A stretch of 63,291 nt of DNA, filler included, from Rhabdomonas costata (taxonomy: Eukaryota): NCBI GenBank assembly GCA_019059605.1. It is 55 parts of 55 records of this genome, joined end to end, with 100 filler letters (N's around TTAATTAATTAA, not from the genome) between each part and the next. Parts side by side here need not be neighbours in the genome. Positions count along the whole stretch, not along the records: positions 49,553 to 50,604 come from JAHMHO010031227.1; positions 50,705 to 51,756 come from JAHMHO010031228.1; positions 51,857 to 52,909 come from JAHMHO010031229.1; positions 53,010 to 54,062 come from JAHMHO010031230.1; positions 54,163 to 55,213 come from JAHMHO010031231.1; positions 55,314 to 56,365 come from JAHMHO010031232.1; positions 56,466 to 57,531 come from JAHMHO010031233.1; positions 57,632 to 58,683 come from JAHMHO010031234.1; 47 more parts are not named here. One strand, 5' to 3'. Each line of letters opens with the position of its first letter. The stretch's first letter is position 1. Of the stretch, positions 50,501-60,909 are shown piece after piece. The notes below the pieces were generated by a model. It searched no databases and had not been told where the DNA came from. It saw only the letters and a list, made by a program, of their open reading frames with translations. Made by a program: the position numbers and the translations under genes.

Positions 50501-51009
50501 GCGTTTTTGTTTCTGCGTAGTTTACAGTTACTTTTAATGATCGTTATGCAGTAGTGGTGGAGGGGGATAATTGACTTATCCCATGCGGTGCTTCCCACAA
50601 CACCNNNNNNNNNNNNNNNNNNNNNNNNNNNNNNNNNNNNNNNNNNNNTTAATTAATTAANNNNNNNNNNNNNNNNNNNNNNNNNNNNNNNNNNNNNNNN
50701 NNNNGGGTGTGTCAAGTCTGCCAACTCGTGCGGCCAAAAGCGCTAAGAACGCACACCACGCATCTCAGACCACATCACCCACAATTTGCTACAGCTAAAA
50801 ACCGCTTGCATTGAGGCGTGACAGCAACAGGTCAGTATCCACCAAGCGATTCGGATGAAGGGTTTCGCAGGTTAGCCCATGCAGAGAACATTGGAGAATT
50901 CTTGAAGTCCTCTCAATTCTCTCATACTGGTTAACAACGCGGCACTCCGATGAGACGGTGGATGCGGTCGTGACGTGTGCGGCGACGCGACTCTGCGGTG
51001 TACGCAAAC

Positions 51010-51145
51010 CTGCGATGCGCGGTTCTGCTTCGGCGGAGCTGTGAGGAGAGGGGCTTGCCGTGGAGTTGGGCAGCAGATCCTGTGCCAGGGCGAGGCCGAA
51101 GAAAAGCAGGTGTAACGACAAAAACACCGATCTGGAAAGAGTCAT
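51010..51145 (-). CDS. First coding exon of a secreted or membrane protein (signal peptide)
   Basis: MTLSRSVFLSLHLLFFGLALA-QD has an h-region and an A-L-A cleavage site. The donor is G|GTTTGC. A pyrimidine tract plus CAG lies about 30 nt upstream of the ATG. Confidence 0.45.
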
Positions 51146-51987
51146 CTTATGCTTGTTGCGTTCAACAAGGCACTCTGAGAAAACAAACAGAGCGAATGGA
51201 CAGAAGGGGGCTCCTGAGTGAAAATTAAAGACGGGAGAACGACGAAAGACGCTATAAGGATTCGAAACACAATTGAAGCCCAGAGTTCTCACACACGGCC
51301 TCGCGATGACGGGGCAGTTCATTTATCGACCCGCACCTGCACACCCGTTTACCGGGGGGTCCAACTACTGCCACAACTGTTTGCAAAAAAAAGAGGCCTT
51401 CCCTACTTCATGGGGCACAGCGCGACTTGGGGCACGAGAAATACCCTACGCGTTTCTGACCAGTGTGTAGTCCTTCATTTTTCATGTTCAAAAACGATGT
51501 GGCTGTCCGTTACGCTTCTGCGCGAACGCAGTTCTCAACAGGAGAGAAGGAAGCCGCGCCACCAACCAACCGAAGAAAAACTGGGTGGGTCCACAGAGGT
51601 CCAGAGCACAATGAGCAGTGCACAAAGACGCACAGGTGAAACTCAACAAGGCCCACACCTCACAGCGGGGAACTGATGAATGATGAAACACTCACATCCC
51701 ACAACGTCAACTCCTGCCTTTCCGAAGCCGCCAGCGCTTCGATTCCACCCACCACANNNNNNNNNNNNNNNNNNNNNNNNNNNNNNNNNNNNNNNNNNNN
51801 TTAATTAATTAANNNNNNNNNNNNNNNNNNNNNNNNNNNNNNNNNNNNNNNNNNNNGGGATAGTGCTTCAGGGTACTCCTTTGCTCTCTGCGTGCCCACT
51901 GCTAGGCTTCCACGATGAAACCCCTGCGTATACTTTGCTGCTCTTCCCATACGACTTTCCTGGGGAGCCCTTCGTGTCTGCTCGCAG

Positions 51988-52206
51988 GATGCCTCCGGGC
52001 TGGTGCCCTTGGCCGTGGCCTTGGCCGCCCACAACGACCGTGCCTGTGCTTTGCTGGCCGAGCCCACCTTCGCCTGCAAGGCCATGCACCCCAACCACAT
52101 CCTTGACGCCGTCACAGGCACCACGCTGCTGCACGAGGCTGCAAAGCATAACATGTATGAGTTCATCACCGCCTTGCTGAAGCTCAGCGCCGAAGCCAAT
52201 GTCCAG
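51988..52206 (+). CDS. Ankyrin-repeat protein exon
   Basis: DASGLVPLAVAL...TGTTLLHEAAKHNMYEFITALLKLSAEANVQ, 219 nt, bounded by cag| and |GTGTGT. Confidence 0.8.
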
Positions 52207-53259
52207 GTGTGTTTTGCCGCATGTCTGCGTGAGCTGGGTTGTCTTTGTGTTGTGTGGTGGCGAGAAACGAATTGGAAGCGGTTCCTTATGAGACGTTTCT
52301 GCCGTCGTGAAGTCGCCTGCTGACCCATAGCAGAAAGTCATTGGGATTCATATCGATATGGAAGTTCTCGGTCACCCTCGTACTTCTACCCTTGCCTTCT
52401 TCTTGTATGTGGCAGCACCTGCCTGCCTGCCTGTGGTGAAGGAGGAGCTGGGGGCCTTCCCGGAAGACCCCCCCACCCCCCCCATTTGTCGCCAAACTTT
52501 GCCATCGTTCCGAAATTTCCTGCGTCCTGCATGTTCACCACACCTTCGTGTGACGGAGGTGCTTTCCTCTTTTTTCTTTATTGAATTCCCATGAAGGAAA
52601 AGCTGGAGGGAGTGCTTTCTATCCGCCACATAAAGGTCGGAAAACTTGAATGAGCGATCCGCCGAGCAAGTCGCCCTGGCTTCGTGAAAGGTCCTCTCCC
52701 TGCTCTGACCCATCATCCCCGGCGGAAGCAGCGCTACTTCAGCCAGCGTCCGAAGAGAATAGGCCATTGAAAAGCACTCGCAGTGTCCAGAATCGACACC
52801 AGGAACGCGTGCATCGCCACCTGGCCCTCTTGAAAACCTCATCTGACCTCATCCGGGTCGCACGTGCTTCGCCATCTCACCCCATGCGAGACCAATAACC
52901 CCACCAACCNNNNNNNNNNNNNNNNNNNNNNNNNNNNNNNNNNNNNNNNNNNNTTAATTAATTAANNNNNNNNNNNNNNNNNNNNNNNNNNNNNNNNNNN
53001 NNNNNNNNNTTGTTGGTTGGATCCATCTCTTTTCCATTCCTCTATACCCGAAACGGTTATCCTTTGCGGTTGACTTTTCGTGTACCGTGGGGGCGTCTGC
53101 GGATTTGGTGTTGCTCTGTTTGTGTGCAGGACTAAATTGAGTTGCACTGGGAGCGCCCCGTGAACCCCTTGGCTCTGCCCGCCGCCCCTGTGGTGTCCGT
53201 GATGGAGGGCGAGGGGCAGTCCCCCTCTTCGAAAGCTGGCAAGGACAAGGTTCTTCCTT

Positions 53260-53295
<36 letters not shown>

Positions 53296-53677
53296 ACAGA
53301 GAGACTGGAGCGGCTACGAGTGTATGCATCAGCGGACGCTGGTACTCATAGCAGGGAGTAAGGGAGGTTGGTATCTTGGTTGGTCACAGGCCGCCACATG
53401 TAGCTCTGTGGAAGGGACGTGCAGGAGAATTGCGGTGTTGAACTGGACAAGCGCCGAAGCGCCACAACGCTGCATTCATCAAGCAGTGACTGTGTGTGTC
53501 ACATCAGTGAAGGAGTACACGTAAACGCAAAAATACAATGGCGGGAACGACCCTTGAAGCACCGCCGGACCGAGCACCGGTAAAAAGAAAAACGATGCGA
53601 TACGCCGGAACGGGAGTAGAATATCTCTCCTTCAATCTTCTGTCGTCCCAGCGGGTGAAGCGAAAAAAAAGAAACTT

Positions 53678-53920
53678 TCAGCAGAACTCTGTGGGTCGAT
53701 AGTTCACCCACAGCTTGCCGGTGGGCGGGACGTCTCCCCTCAGCCGCATCACAATGGGGTGCAGCACCCGGGCTGCGCCGTCCTCTACGCTCAGCGGGGG
53801 ACTGGTCACGGGGCTGGGGCGCATCGCGCTGACCCATCCCGTGTCCACCGCACTGACGCAGACCTGGCGCGCCCGCCACAACTCTGGCCCTGCAGTGGCA
53901 GTGAGCATGTTGAGGGCCAC
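53678..53920 (-). CDS. Short-chain dehydrogenase/reductase, last exon
   Basis: ALNMLTATAGPEL...VSAVDTGWVS...PPLSVEDGAARVLHPI follows the SDR C-terminal pattern ALNM...VDTGWV...PL...DGAARVL.P. Confidence 0.8.
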   Translation of the reverse strand: MALNMLTATAGPELWRARQVCVSAVDTGWVSAMRPSPVTSPPLSVEDGAARVLHPIVMRLRGDVPPTGKLWVNYRPTEFC

Positions 53921-54221
53921 CTGCGAGGGAAGCCAGAAAGGCGTGGAGATGGCCCGACCGGGATGGCACGTCACAGAAGGAAAGACACCATGGAGATGGA
54001 ATAAAAGAAAACAGTAGATGGAATTAGATGACGACAATAGTCTTGATACCCAACAAACAACANNNNNNNNNNNNNNNNNNNNNNNNNNNNNNNNNNNNNN
54101 NNNNNNTTAATTAATTAANNNNNNNNNNNNNNNNNNNNNNNNNNNNNNNNNNNNNNNNNNNNCTACATGTCTGTGTCCATGAGGGAGGGGTCGGACCACA
54201 GAGCCACATGTGCGCAACTAC

Positions 54222-54747
54222 CTAACGCTGTTGCCGCCGAGAGGGTTGCGGTGGAGTCGATGTTGGGGCCCGTGGGCTTTGGCTTGGCCGGTTCTGCAAT
54301 CGTGCCCTGCATCCAAGACGACAGCAAGTGAAACGGCACCGCCAGAACCGGGGAGACGTTGAAATCGTGGAACACCCAGTCATATATGCTCTGTGGGTTG
54401 GTGGCCGCGATCCCCACGACGTACGTCCGCGTGCTTGCACTGTAGGCCACGTACATCGCGCTGCAGGCGAAGCCCTCCGGAGGGTCGGTGACGACATACG
54501 CCGCGGGACCCCACACGACCTTCCACGGCGCGCCCCACAGCTTAGCAAAGACCGGGGTAGTGCCTTTGTTGAACAGCGGGAAGAACCCGGGGTACGAGAA
54601 GCCCGCGGGGTTGACCCCGCCGTTGAGGCTGACCTCCAGGTAGGCCGTGAGGTTGGCCTGCGAAGCTTTGATGTTGGCGGCCCCGTTGGCCGCCTGGTTC
54701 ATGAGGTACATGCTCTGGACGTCGCAGTACTGCGTCACCGAAGGTGC
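54222..54747 (-). CDS. Class-3-lipase-like alpha/beta hydrolase, N-terminal part (one exon)
   Basis: WKVVWGPAAY...AMYVAYS...YVVGIAATNPQSIYDWVFHDFNV precedes the nucleophile elbow in lipase-3-like proteins. The catalytic GxSxG is outside the contig. Confidence 0.7.
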
Positions 54748-55640
54748 CTTTGGGAGAGAGAGGGTGGCACTTGTGGAAAAAGGCCGATGCTTGAAAACGA
54801 AGCATATAAAAAAATTGCTGCGGTCGCTTGATGTGCATATGAGCGAGCGAAGGAGACCATGAAAAACGATGACTACAGGGAAAAAGGAAGGATTGCCAGT
54901 ACCCATTTGACCAGTAGTTCAACAGGGAAGATAGTGCGAATGGGAAACAACGGTTAGCTTTCGGAAATTTCTGGCGCATTGGGTTGTTGCAACTGAAGGG
55001 AATCATTGCCGATTGGGTCTTGCTGCTGTGTCTGAGTCCAGTGATAAGCCTAAGAGCTCTGCCCTGCAGTTGAGTGCGTTGCATTCCCTTTGTGGCTGGT
55101 CCTTCGACGGGACCAAGCAGACGTCATGCTAGAACAGCCACAGTCACATAAACAACTAACCTTTCGTTTCCAGTGACGCGGACCTCACCACCAACACCAA
55201 CCACACCCACCACNNNNNNNNNNNNNNNNNNNNNNNNNNNNNNNNNNNNNNNNNNNNTTAATTAATTAANNNNNNNNNNNNNNNNNNNNNNNNNNNNNNN
55301 NNNNNNNNNNNNNGTGCCTCCTTTCCATACACGCACCTGGTGTTTTCTTATAATCCCAAGCGCGAGTCTGCATCCGTGCCGGCTGAGAGGCTCTTTTTGA
55401 AAGGAAGGAAAAGAAGGAGACAAGGTGAAGATGCTCACTTGTAGCCATGCCTGCACTTTTATTTGTTATTTATTGCCAATACCGTGTAGATTGCCGAAAA
55501 ACGTGTGTTTCTGTGCAAGTAAGACTTCGTCTTTTTTCATTTTTCATTTTTTCTTATTTTTCCGGTTTTTTTTTCGTGCTTTCTAAGAATCTCTCTCTGT
55601 ACTTCTCTGCATACCGCTCTGTTTGAATCTTCGTCCTCAG

Positions 55641-55973
55641 GTCGACTGCGCTCCGCTGAAGGTCGCGCTGACGGGGCACTGCAACGAGTGGCAGAAGAAG
55701 TTCTTCACCCTCCTGAACAACATGGCCCGCACGGAGCTGGAGTCCCTGTACGAGATGTTTGCGACAAACCTGGAGAAGGTCCGGGCCGCCCCCAAGACCT
55801 TAGACATGCTGGGCGAGCAGCTCAGCCTTGTCGCCCGGCTGCAAACGGAGCAGCCTACGGTGCAGGCCCGGTTCGAGCCATTGCAGGCGCAGTACAGTCT
55901 CCTGGAGAAGTACGAGGTGAACATCAAGGAGGCCGAGGCAGAGAAGCACGCCACCCTTCCCGCAGCGTGGGAG
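55641..55973 (+). CDS. DNAH2: Axonemal dynein heavy chain tail (inner-arm I1-beta/DNAH2-like) exon
   Basis: VDCAPLKVALTGHCNEWQKKFFTLL...PKTLDMLG...FEPLQAQYSLLEKYEV, a 333-nt phase-0 exon. Confidence 0.82.
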
Positions 55974-56465
55974 GTCCTTCTCATTCTCAGCGGCACAACG
56001 ATTATATGAAGAAAAATGATGGAGGCGTGAGTGAAATGACAGAAACAGAAAAGGTTGCGCTCTTAAGCTCGCGCTGCCTGGGCGGGAAGTGCAAGCCAGG
56101 GTCAGAGTCCACCGCCGCGAGCATGAATCTTCCACCGAGAACTTGTTTGGAAGCGCGTAGCTGCTCATTTGGATGCAACTATTGAGCACTTACTGGCTGT
56201 CAGCGAGCATGTGTACAGTACCAGTCAGCAGACTCCGCTTACAAACCTGTAGACACAAACGCATGCAGATGGAAGGCTCAGAAGATGAGAGACTACCCGT
56301 AACCCCCGCTGACCCAAGACAGCAAGTCAGGCATCTCACACTCTCAGTTGCCCCAATTGGAGGAANNNNNNNNNNNNNNNNNNNNNNNNNNNNNNNNNNN
56401 NNNNNNNNNTTAATTAATTAANNNNNNNNNNNNNNNNNNNNNNNNNNNNNNNNNNNNNNNNNNNN

Positions 56466-56762
56466 GTTGGTCTCCAGAGAGATGTTCTGGATCACATTGT
56501 TGTCGACCTGCACCCCCGCCTTGCAGATGAACTCCACTTCCGGGTTCAGGGTAAATCTCCGCTCCACCGCCCCCTGACCCCCGTGGGGAGCGGACTCCGG
56601 GAGGTCCTGGTACTTCGCCTGAATGGACCGCACGCTGAAGTCCACCGTGAATGCGAACCCCACAATGGGGTGCTGCATGTAGTTCTCAGGGACCACCATC
56701 AGGTCCTCAAAGCCGATTCCCCCGGCGTTGCCGAAGGCGTCACTGAGAGTCAGGGGCTCCAT
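56466..56762 (-). CDS. Exon of an unknown protein
   Basis: accacag acceptor followed by a strongly GC3-biased frame (MEPLTLSDAFGNAGGIGFEDL...) running to the contig end. Confidence 0.6.
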
Positions 56763-56959
56763 CTGTGGTGAAAGCGTGAGAGAAGAGAGAGTGTCTGTTT
56801 GTGTTGGGCGCATTGCGCGCTGGCTGTTGCCTGGTTGCCTGGTTGACTGGTTGGTGGTGACCACTGTGGAATGACTGGCGCACGTGCTGTTGGCCACGGG
56901 TGCTCGCGAGAGGTGCCGTTGGAGCGAACGGTGTCGTGGGGAACCGAAAACGGCTCACC

Positions 56960-56962
<3 letters not shown>

Positions 56963-57003
<41 letters not shown>

Positions 57004-57241
57004 GTGTGTGTGTGTGTGTGTGTGAAAGCAACGTTCCGCGTACGATAACCTCCCTTTCGCTCCACGGGTTCCGGGCCTTTGTCCAAGAGCTGCTATTTTC
57101 CACATGCTACGGCATCTCATAGCCTCCCTTTTGCCCCACGGGTTCCGGGCCTTTGTCGAAGAGCTGCTATTTTCCACCTGCTAATGGCATCTCTAGGAAA
57201 AGACCCTTTGTGCTTTTCCTTTGGAGGTGTGAACGTGTTAG

Positions 57242-57287
<46 letters not shown>
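56963..57287 (+). repeat. (GA)n(GT)n and (GT)n microsatellites flanking a ~72-nt imperfect tandem duplication (~57048-57118 and ~57123-57193)
   Basis: Both copies share CCTCCCTTT.GC.CCACGGGTTCCGGGCCTTTGTC.AAGAGCTGCTATTTTCCAC.TGCTA..GGCATCTC. Confidence 0.85.
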
Positions 57288-57288
<1 letters not shown>

Positions 57289-58274
57289 TTGAGAGGGGTG
57301 AACTCTGAGCTGAGTAGCTTTGCAAGTGCAGGGAACTTCTGTTTGAATTCGGTATTATCGGTATACAATCCACCTTCCCTATCATACGGTGCAACAAATC
57401 GGCACCCCACCCAACTGCGCAAGACCCGATTATTAAAAAAAAAAGCAAAGCGAGACAGGCCCGAAAGAAAAAAAAACGGGCACGTAGACAAAACCGCCGC
57501 CACACCACGGTCTGGAAGCCCGCGCCCAGAGNNNNNNNNNNNNNNNNNNNNNNNNNNNNNNNNNNNNNNNNNNNNTTAATTAATTAANNNNNNNNNNNNN
57601 NNNNNNNNNNNNNNNNNNNNNNNNNNNNNNNGTGGTTGTGTGCTCCCCCCCCGGCCGGTGCTTTTTTTGGTGGCGCGCGGGTGCACGGAGTACAGAGTTG
57701 TGTGTGTGTGTGTGTGATGTCCACTCTGGTTGCAGTGTGGCATCAGCCGGGAACGCCTTGCCTTCCTATGGGTGCTGTGCTTCATCTCTGTAACGCCTTC
57801 TGCTGCTCAAGGGCTTCCTTCTTCCTTCTGCGCGAAGACGCCGTGGGATGGGGGCCAGGCCATCCACTGTGGCGACGGCTGAGCATACCACTCACCCACA
57901 GGCTCCTGCAAGGGGGGTGAATTGACGCGCTGCACACGCACACAAAGCCTTCAGGGGGAATCTGGCGCACGCATTCCCCTGAGAGATGGATGCAAGGGAG
58001 GACGACCAGTGGGCAGCTTCATTCTGTCTGTTAACTTATTCGTCCCGTCCTCCCCACCCCACTCTTTGGGACACTGGTGCTGAACCTCGAAAGACGGTCT
58101 GCGGATAAATCTGAGACCTGAATCTCTCCGGTTTTGGGGCAACTTCACGGTGGTCGCTGAAGGCAACCATGTCCAGCCCCATTGTGGGCCCAGATCTAAG
58201 CCCTTCATTCGGGCATTTTTGGGGACAGTGACTGAAATTCTGATTCGTTGTCTGCTGCACCCGCTCACTCAAAG

Positions 58275-58414
58275 ATATCGAGGAAGAGCTGGAGGCCCCT
58301 TCATCCACGGAGTGCAGCGTCCCGCCGGGGGGCCGGGTGCTTCCTGGGCACACAGTCTACGACCCTCGCTACCTCATTCCCGCGGTCTACGCCTTCCTAC
58401 ATGCCCTGCAAAAG
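58275..58414 (+). CDS. Exon, possibly URB1/Npa1-like
   Basis: aaag|...HTVYDPRYLIPAVYAFLHALQK|GT. The YDP.(F/Y)L.P motif recalls URB1, but this is a single short motif. Confidence 0.3.
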
Positions 58415-60087
58415 GTTCTTTTTCACGCCCCCACCCCTGCACGCACACATGCAGCGCTGTTGGCATCTCCCCCTTGCTGGTCCCAGTCACAAGCATAGCC
58501 ATATGAAACATTTCATTTTTTTGAGGGGGGGGGGAGGTAAGGTGTGAAGAGAAGAGGCTGTTGGACAAGCAGCATGTGCGTCTAAACTTCTCCAGCTTCT
58601 CAAGCGCAACAAGAGATTCTCGCACCAAGAGATTCTCGCAACAAGAGATTCTCGCAACAAATCTGCACTGGCGAACCCAACAANNNNNNNNNNNNNNNNN
58701 NNNNNNNNNNNNNNNNNNNNNNNNNNNTTAATTAATTAANNNNNNNNNNNNNNNNNNNNNNNNNNNNNNNNNNNNNNNNNNNNTTGTGGGGGGCAAGCTG
58801 GAGACGGGCAGGCTACGGACTGGGGACAAGGTCCCGTTTTGCATGCTTTGCACGTTGCTCTGGCACACAGTGGGGTTTCGTGCATGCTTTGCCAGACCCT
58901 GCTCTGTGCCGCCCCAATTCTTTCGCGCTCACTTTTTCTCTGGAGTGGTTTTTGGCCGTAATTGCAAAGGGCAAAACACCAGTATCCAGGGCCCTTATCC
59001 AACTGCATGTTTGGGACAATGAATGCACCTGAAGACATGGATGCATGGGACGACGCAGGCTGTTCCACCTCCGCCGAAGACAAAAGTTAAGTTTAGGATC
59101 AATGCTACTGATTTTATTTAGAGACAGATGATCGCCGAGTCGGGGTTCTAGGCAAGATGCCAAACAAAGTCAGGGGACAGGAACATGACAGGAGCAGCAG
59201 ATGAACTGGTGGGAAGGGCCTGAGCCCTTCCTAAGGTGCTCGTAGAAATAGGGCACGTCCGAAATCGTGTCAGAAAGAAAAGCGTATCACAGGTCATTCT
59301 GTGTTGCAGTTGGCCAGTCTTTAATTGGAGCTGGATAAACTGACTGAATTGAACATTCGGATTATGCCTGGGAGTGGTTTTACTCCCCAAGTAGAGGAGG
59401 GTATATATGTGCTGTCTTACTTTTGGGAAGAAGCGCAAGCGGAAAGCGGTGGAAGCGTTCTCCAGCAAGCCTCTTTTTTATTTGATGGATAACCTGGATG
59501 TCCAAGGAAGTGTTTTTGGACTCTCCCCCTCTCCAAAGAAAGAACATAAATTGCTAGAAGCAAGCGCAGAGGAGGCATAATGCAAAACAAATCAGGGTTA
59601 TCGCCCATGGCCTTTCCTGCTTTTCTTGCTCCCCTCTGCTGGAGTTCTCTACTCTTTCGTTTTCCTCCTTGTTTCATCCTGAAGGTTGTTTTGATGCCCT
59701 CCAAGGACACCTACGCTTGCAAAGGTATGTGGCCGTGGGTGGGTGCGCCCGCAGATGTGATATTTCAATCACGCCCCAGGCTGAGGAATGAGTTTCATGG
59801 CACATCCCGAGCTCCCTTTCTGGAATCACCAAAACNNNNNNNNNNNNNNNNNNNNNNNNNNNNNNNNNNNNNNNNNNNNTTAATTAATTAANNNNNNNNN
59901 NNNNNNNNNNNNNNNNNNNNNNNNNNNNNNNNNNNTTTGTTTGCAGCAGGGTGTCTACCTCGCCGGTCATGATGGGATGGAATGTAATTCGAATGGAGTG
60001 CATCCGATTTCACGCGTATCTTCTACCTTACCGAGCAAGGGGGGGGGGGTTCCTTTTTTTTTGCGGGGCCAGCGACTTTGCTTTCAC

Positions 60088-60168
60088 ATGACGAGAGCAT
60101 GGAAGGTATTATGACCTGTGGGCTTTGTTCACGAAACGAAGCCTGATGATTGCGTACACTTGATCTGA
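60088..60168 (+). ncRNA. Box C/D guide RNA, copy 1 (predicted U2 snRNA Am30 guide)
   Basis: C ATGACGA (60088), D' ATGA (60111), internal hairpin, C' TGATGA (60144), guide TACACTTGAT, D CTGA (60165). Confidence 0.75.
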
Positions 60169-60563
60169 ACTTCGTGGAAGCGAGGGCGTTTGAGTTTGTT
60201 GCTTGGGTCTTGCGTTCCGTTTTTCTTTCATTTTTTTTGGATGTACTCGTGACTATACAGGGTATTATAATCCATTGGGGCTTCCGTTGCCACCCTTTCT
60301 GATGCAGTTTTAAATAGCTTCCCCGGGAGGGATAAAGTGGAAGGCTTTGGCTGGGGTCTCTGTCAATGGCTGCATTTCTGACAACAATATTACACATTAC
60401 CCACACGTCACATAGACATTGAAATGAATTATCCAGTAGATATGGTGTTGTTTAAATGTGAAGGCTACTCACCCGCCCTCAGATTTTCTGCGCTCCCTTC
60501 TCCCAGTTGTCGGGTCGTCAAAATTTTTATCTGCGCAAACTTAACGTCGTGATGAGTGTTGCT

Positions 60564-60648
60564 GTGATGAGTGTGGAAGGTATTATGACGGTGGGCTTCC
60601 TTCTGCTCAAGGGAAGGACGCCTGATGAATGCGATACACTTGATCTGA
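60564..60648 (+). ncRNA. Box C/D guide RNA, copy 2 (predicted U2 snRNA Am30 guide)
   Basis: C GTGATGA (60564), D' ATGA (60585), internal hairpin, C' TGATGA (60623), guide TACACTTGAT, D CTGA (60645). Confidence 0.8.
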
Positions 60649-60825
60649 CCTTGACCAAAGGAACCCTTTTTATACGTTCCTTGAATTGTGCTCCGCACAT
60701 TCTGGTACCGACAGCTTGCGTGCATACAATATGACTTGCTTTTCTCGTGTCTTCTCCTTCATTTCCAATTTCTTTGCATGTATAAGTTTATCCGGCATTA
60801 CTTTAGAATTGTACCCACGGCCAGG

Positions 60826-60909
60826 AACCCTAACCCTAACCCTAACCGTATCCCTAACCCTAACGCTAACCCTATCCCTAACGCTAACCCCAACCCTAAC
60901 CCTAACCCC
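60826..60909 (+). repeat. Interstitial degenerate telomere-type (CCCTAA)n tract
   Basis: About 14 hexamers of CCCTAA with variants CCGTAT, CGCTAA, CCCTAT and CCCCAA, with unique sequence on both sides. Confidence 0.85.

Noticed and set aside
58606-58660. Three tandem copies of ACAAGAGATTCTCGC
   Set aside because: Short, without spacers and next to a contig end; probably slippage. It is not a CRISPR array.
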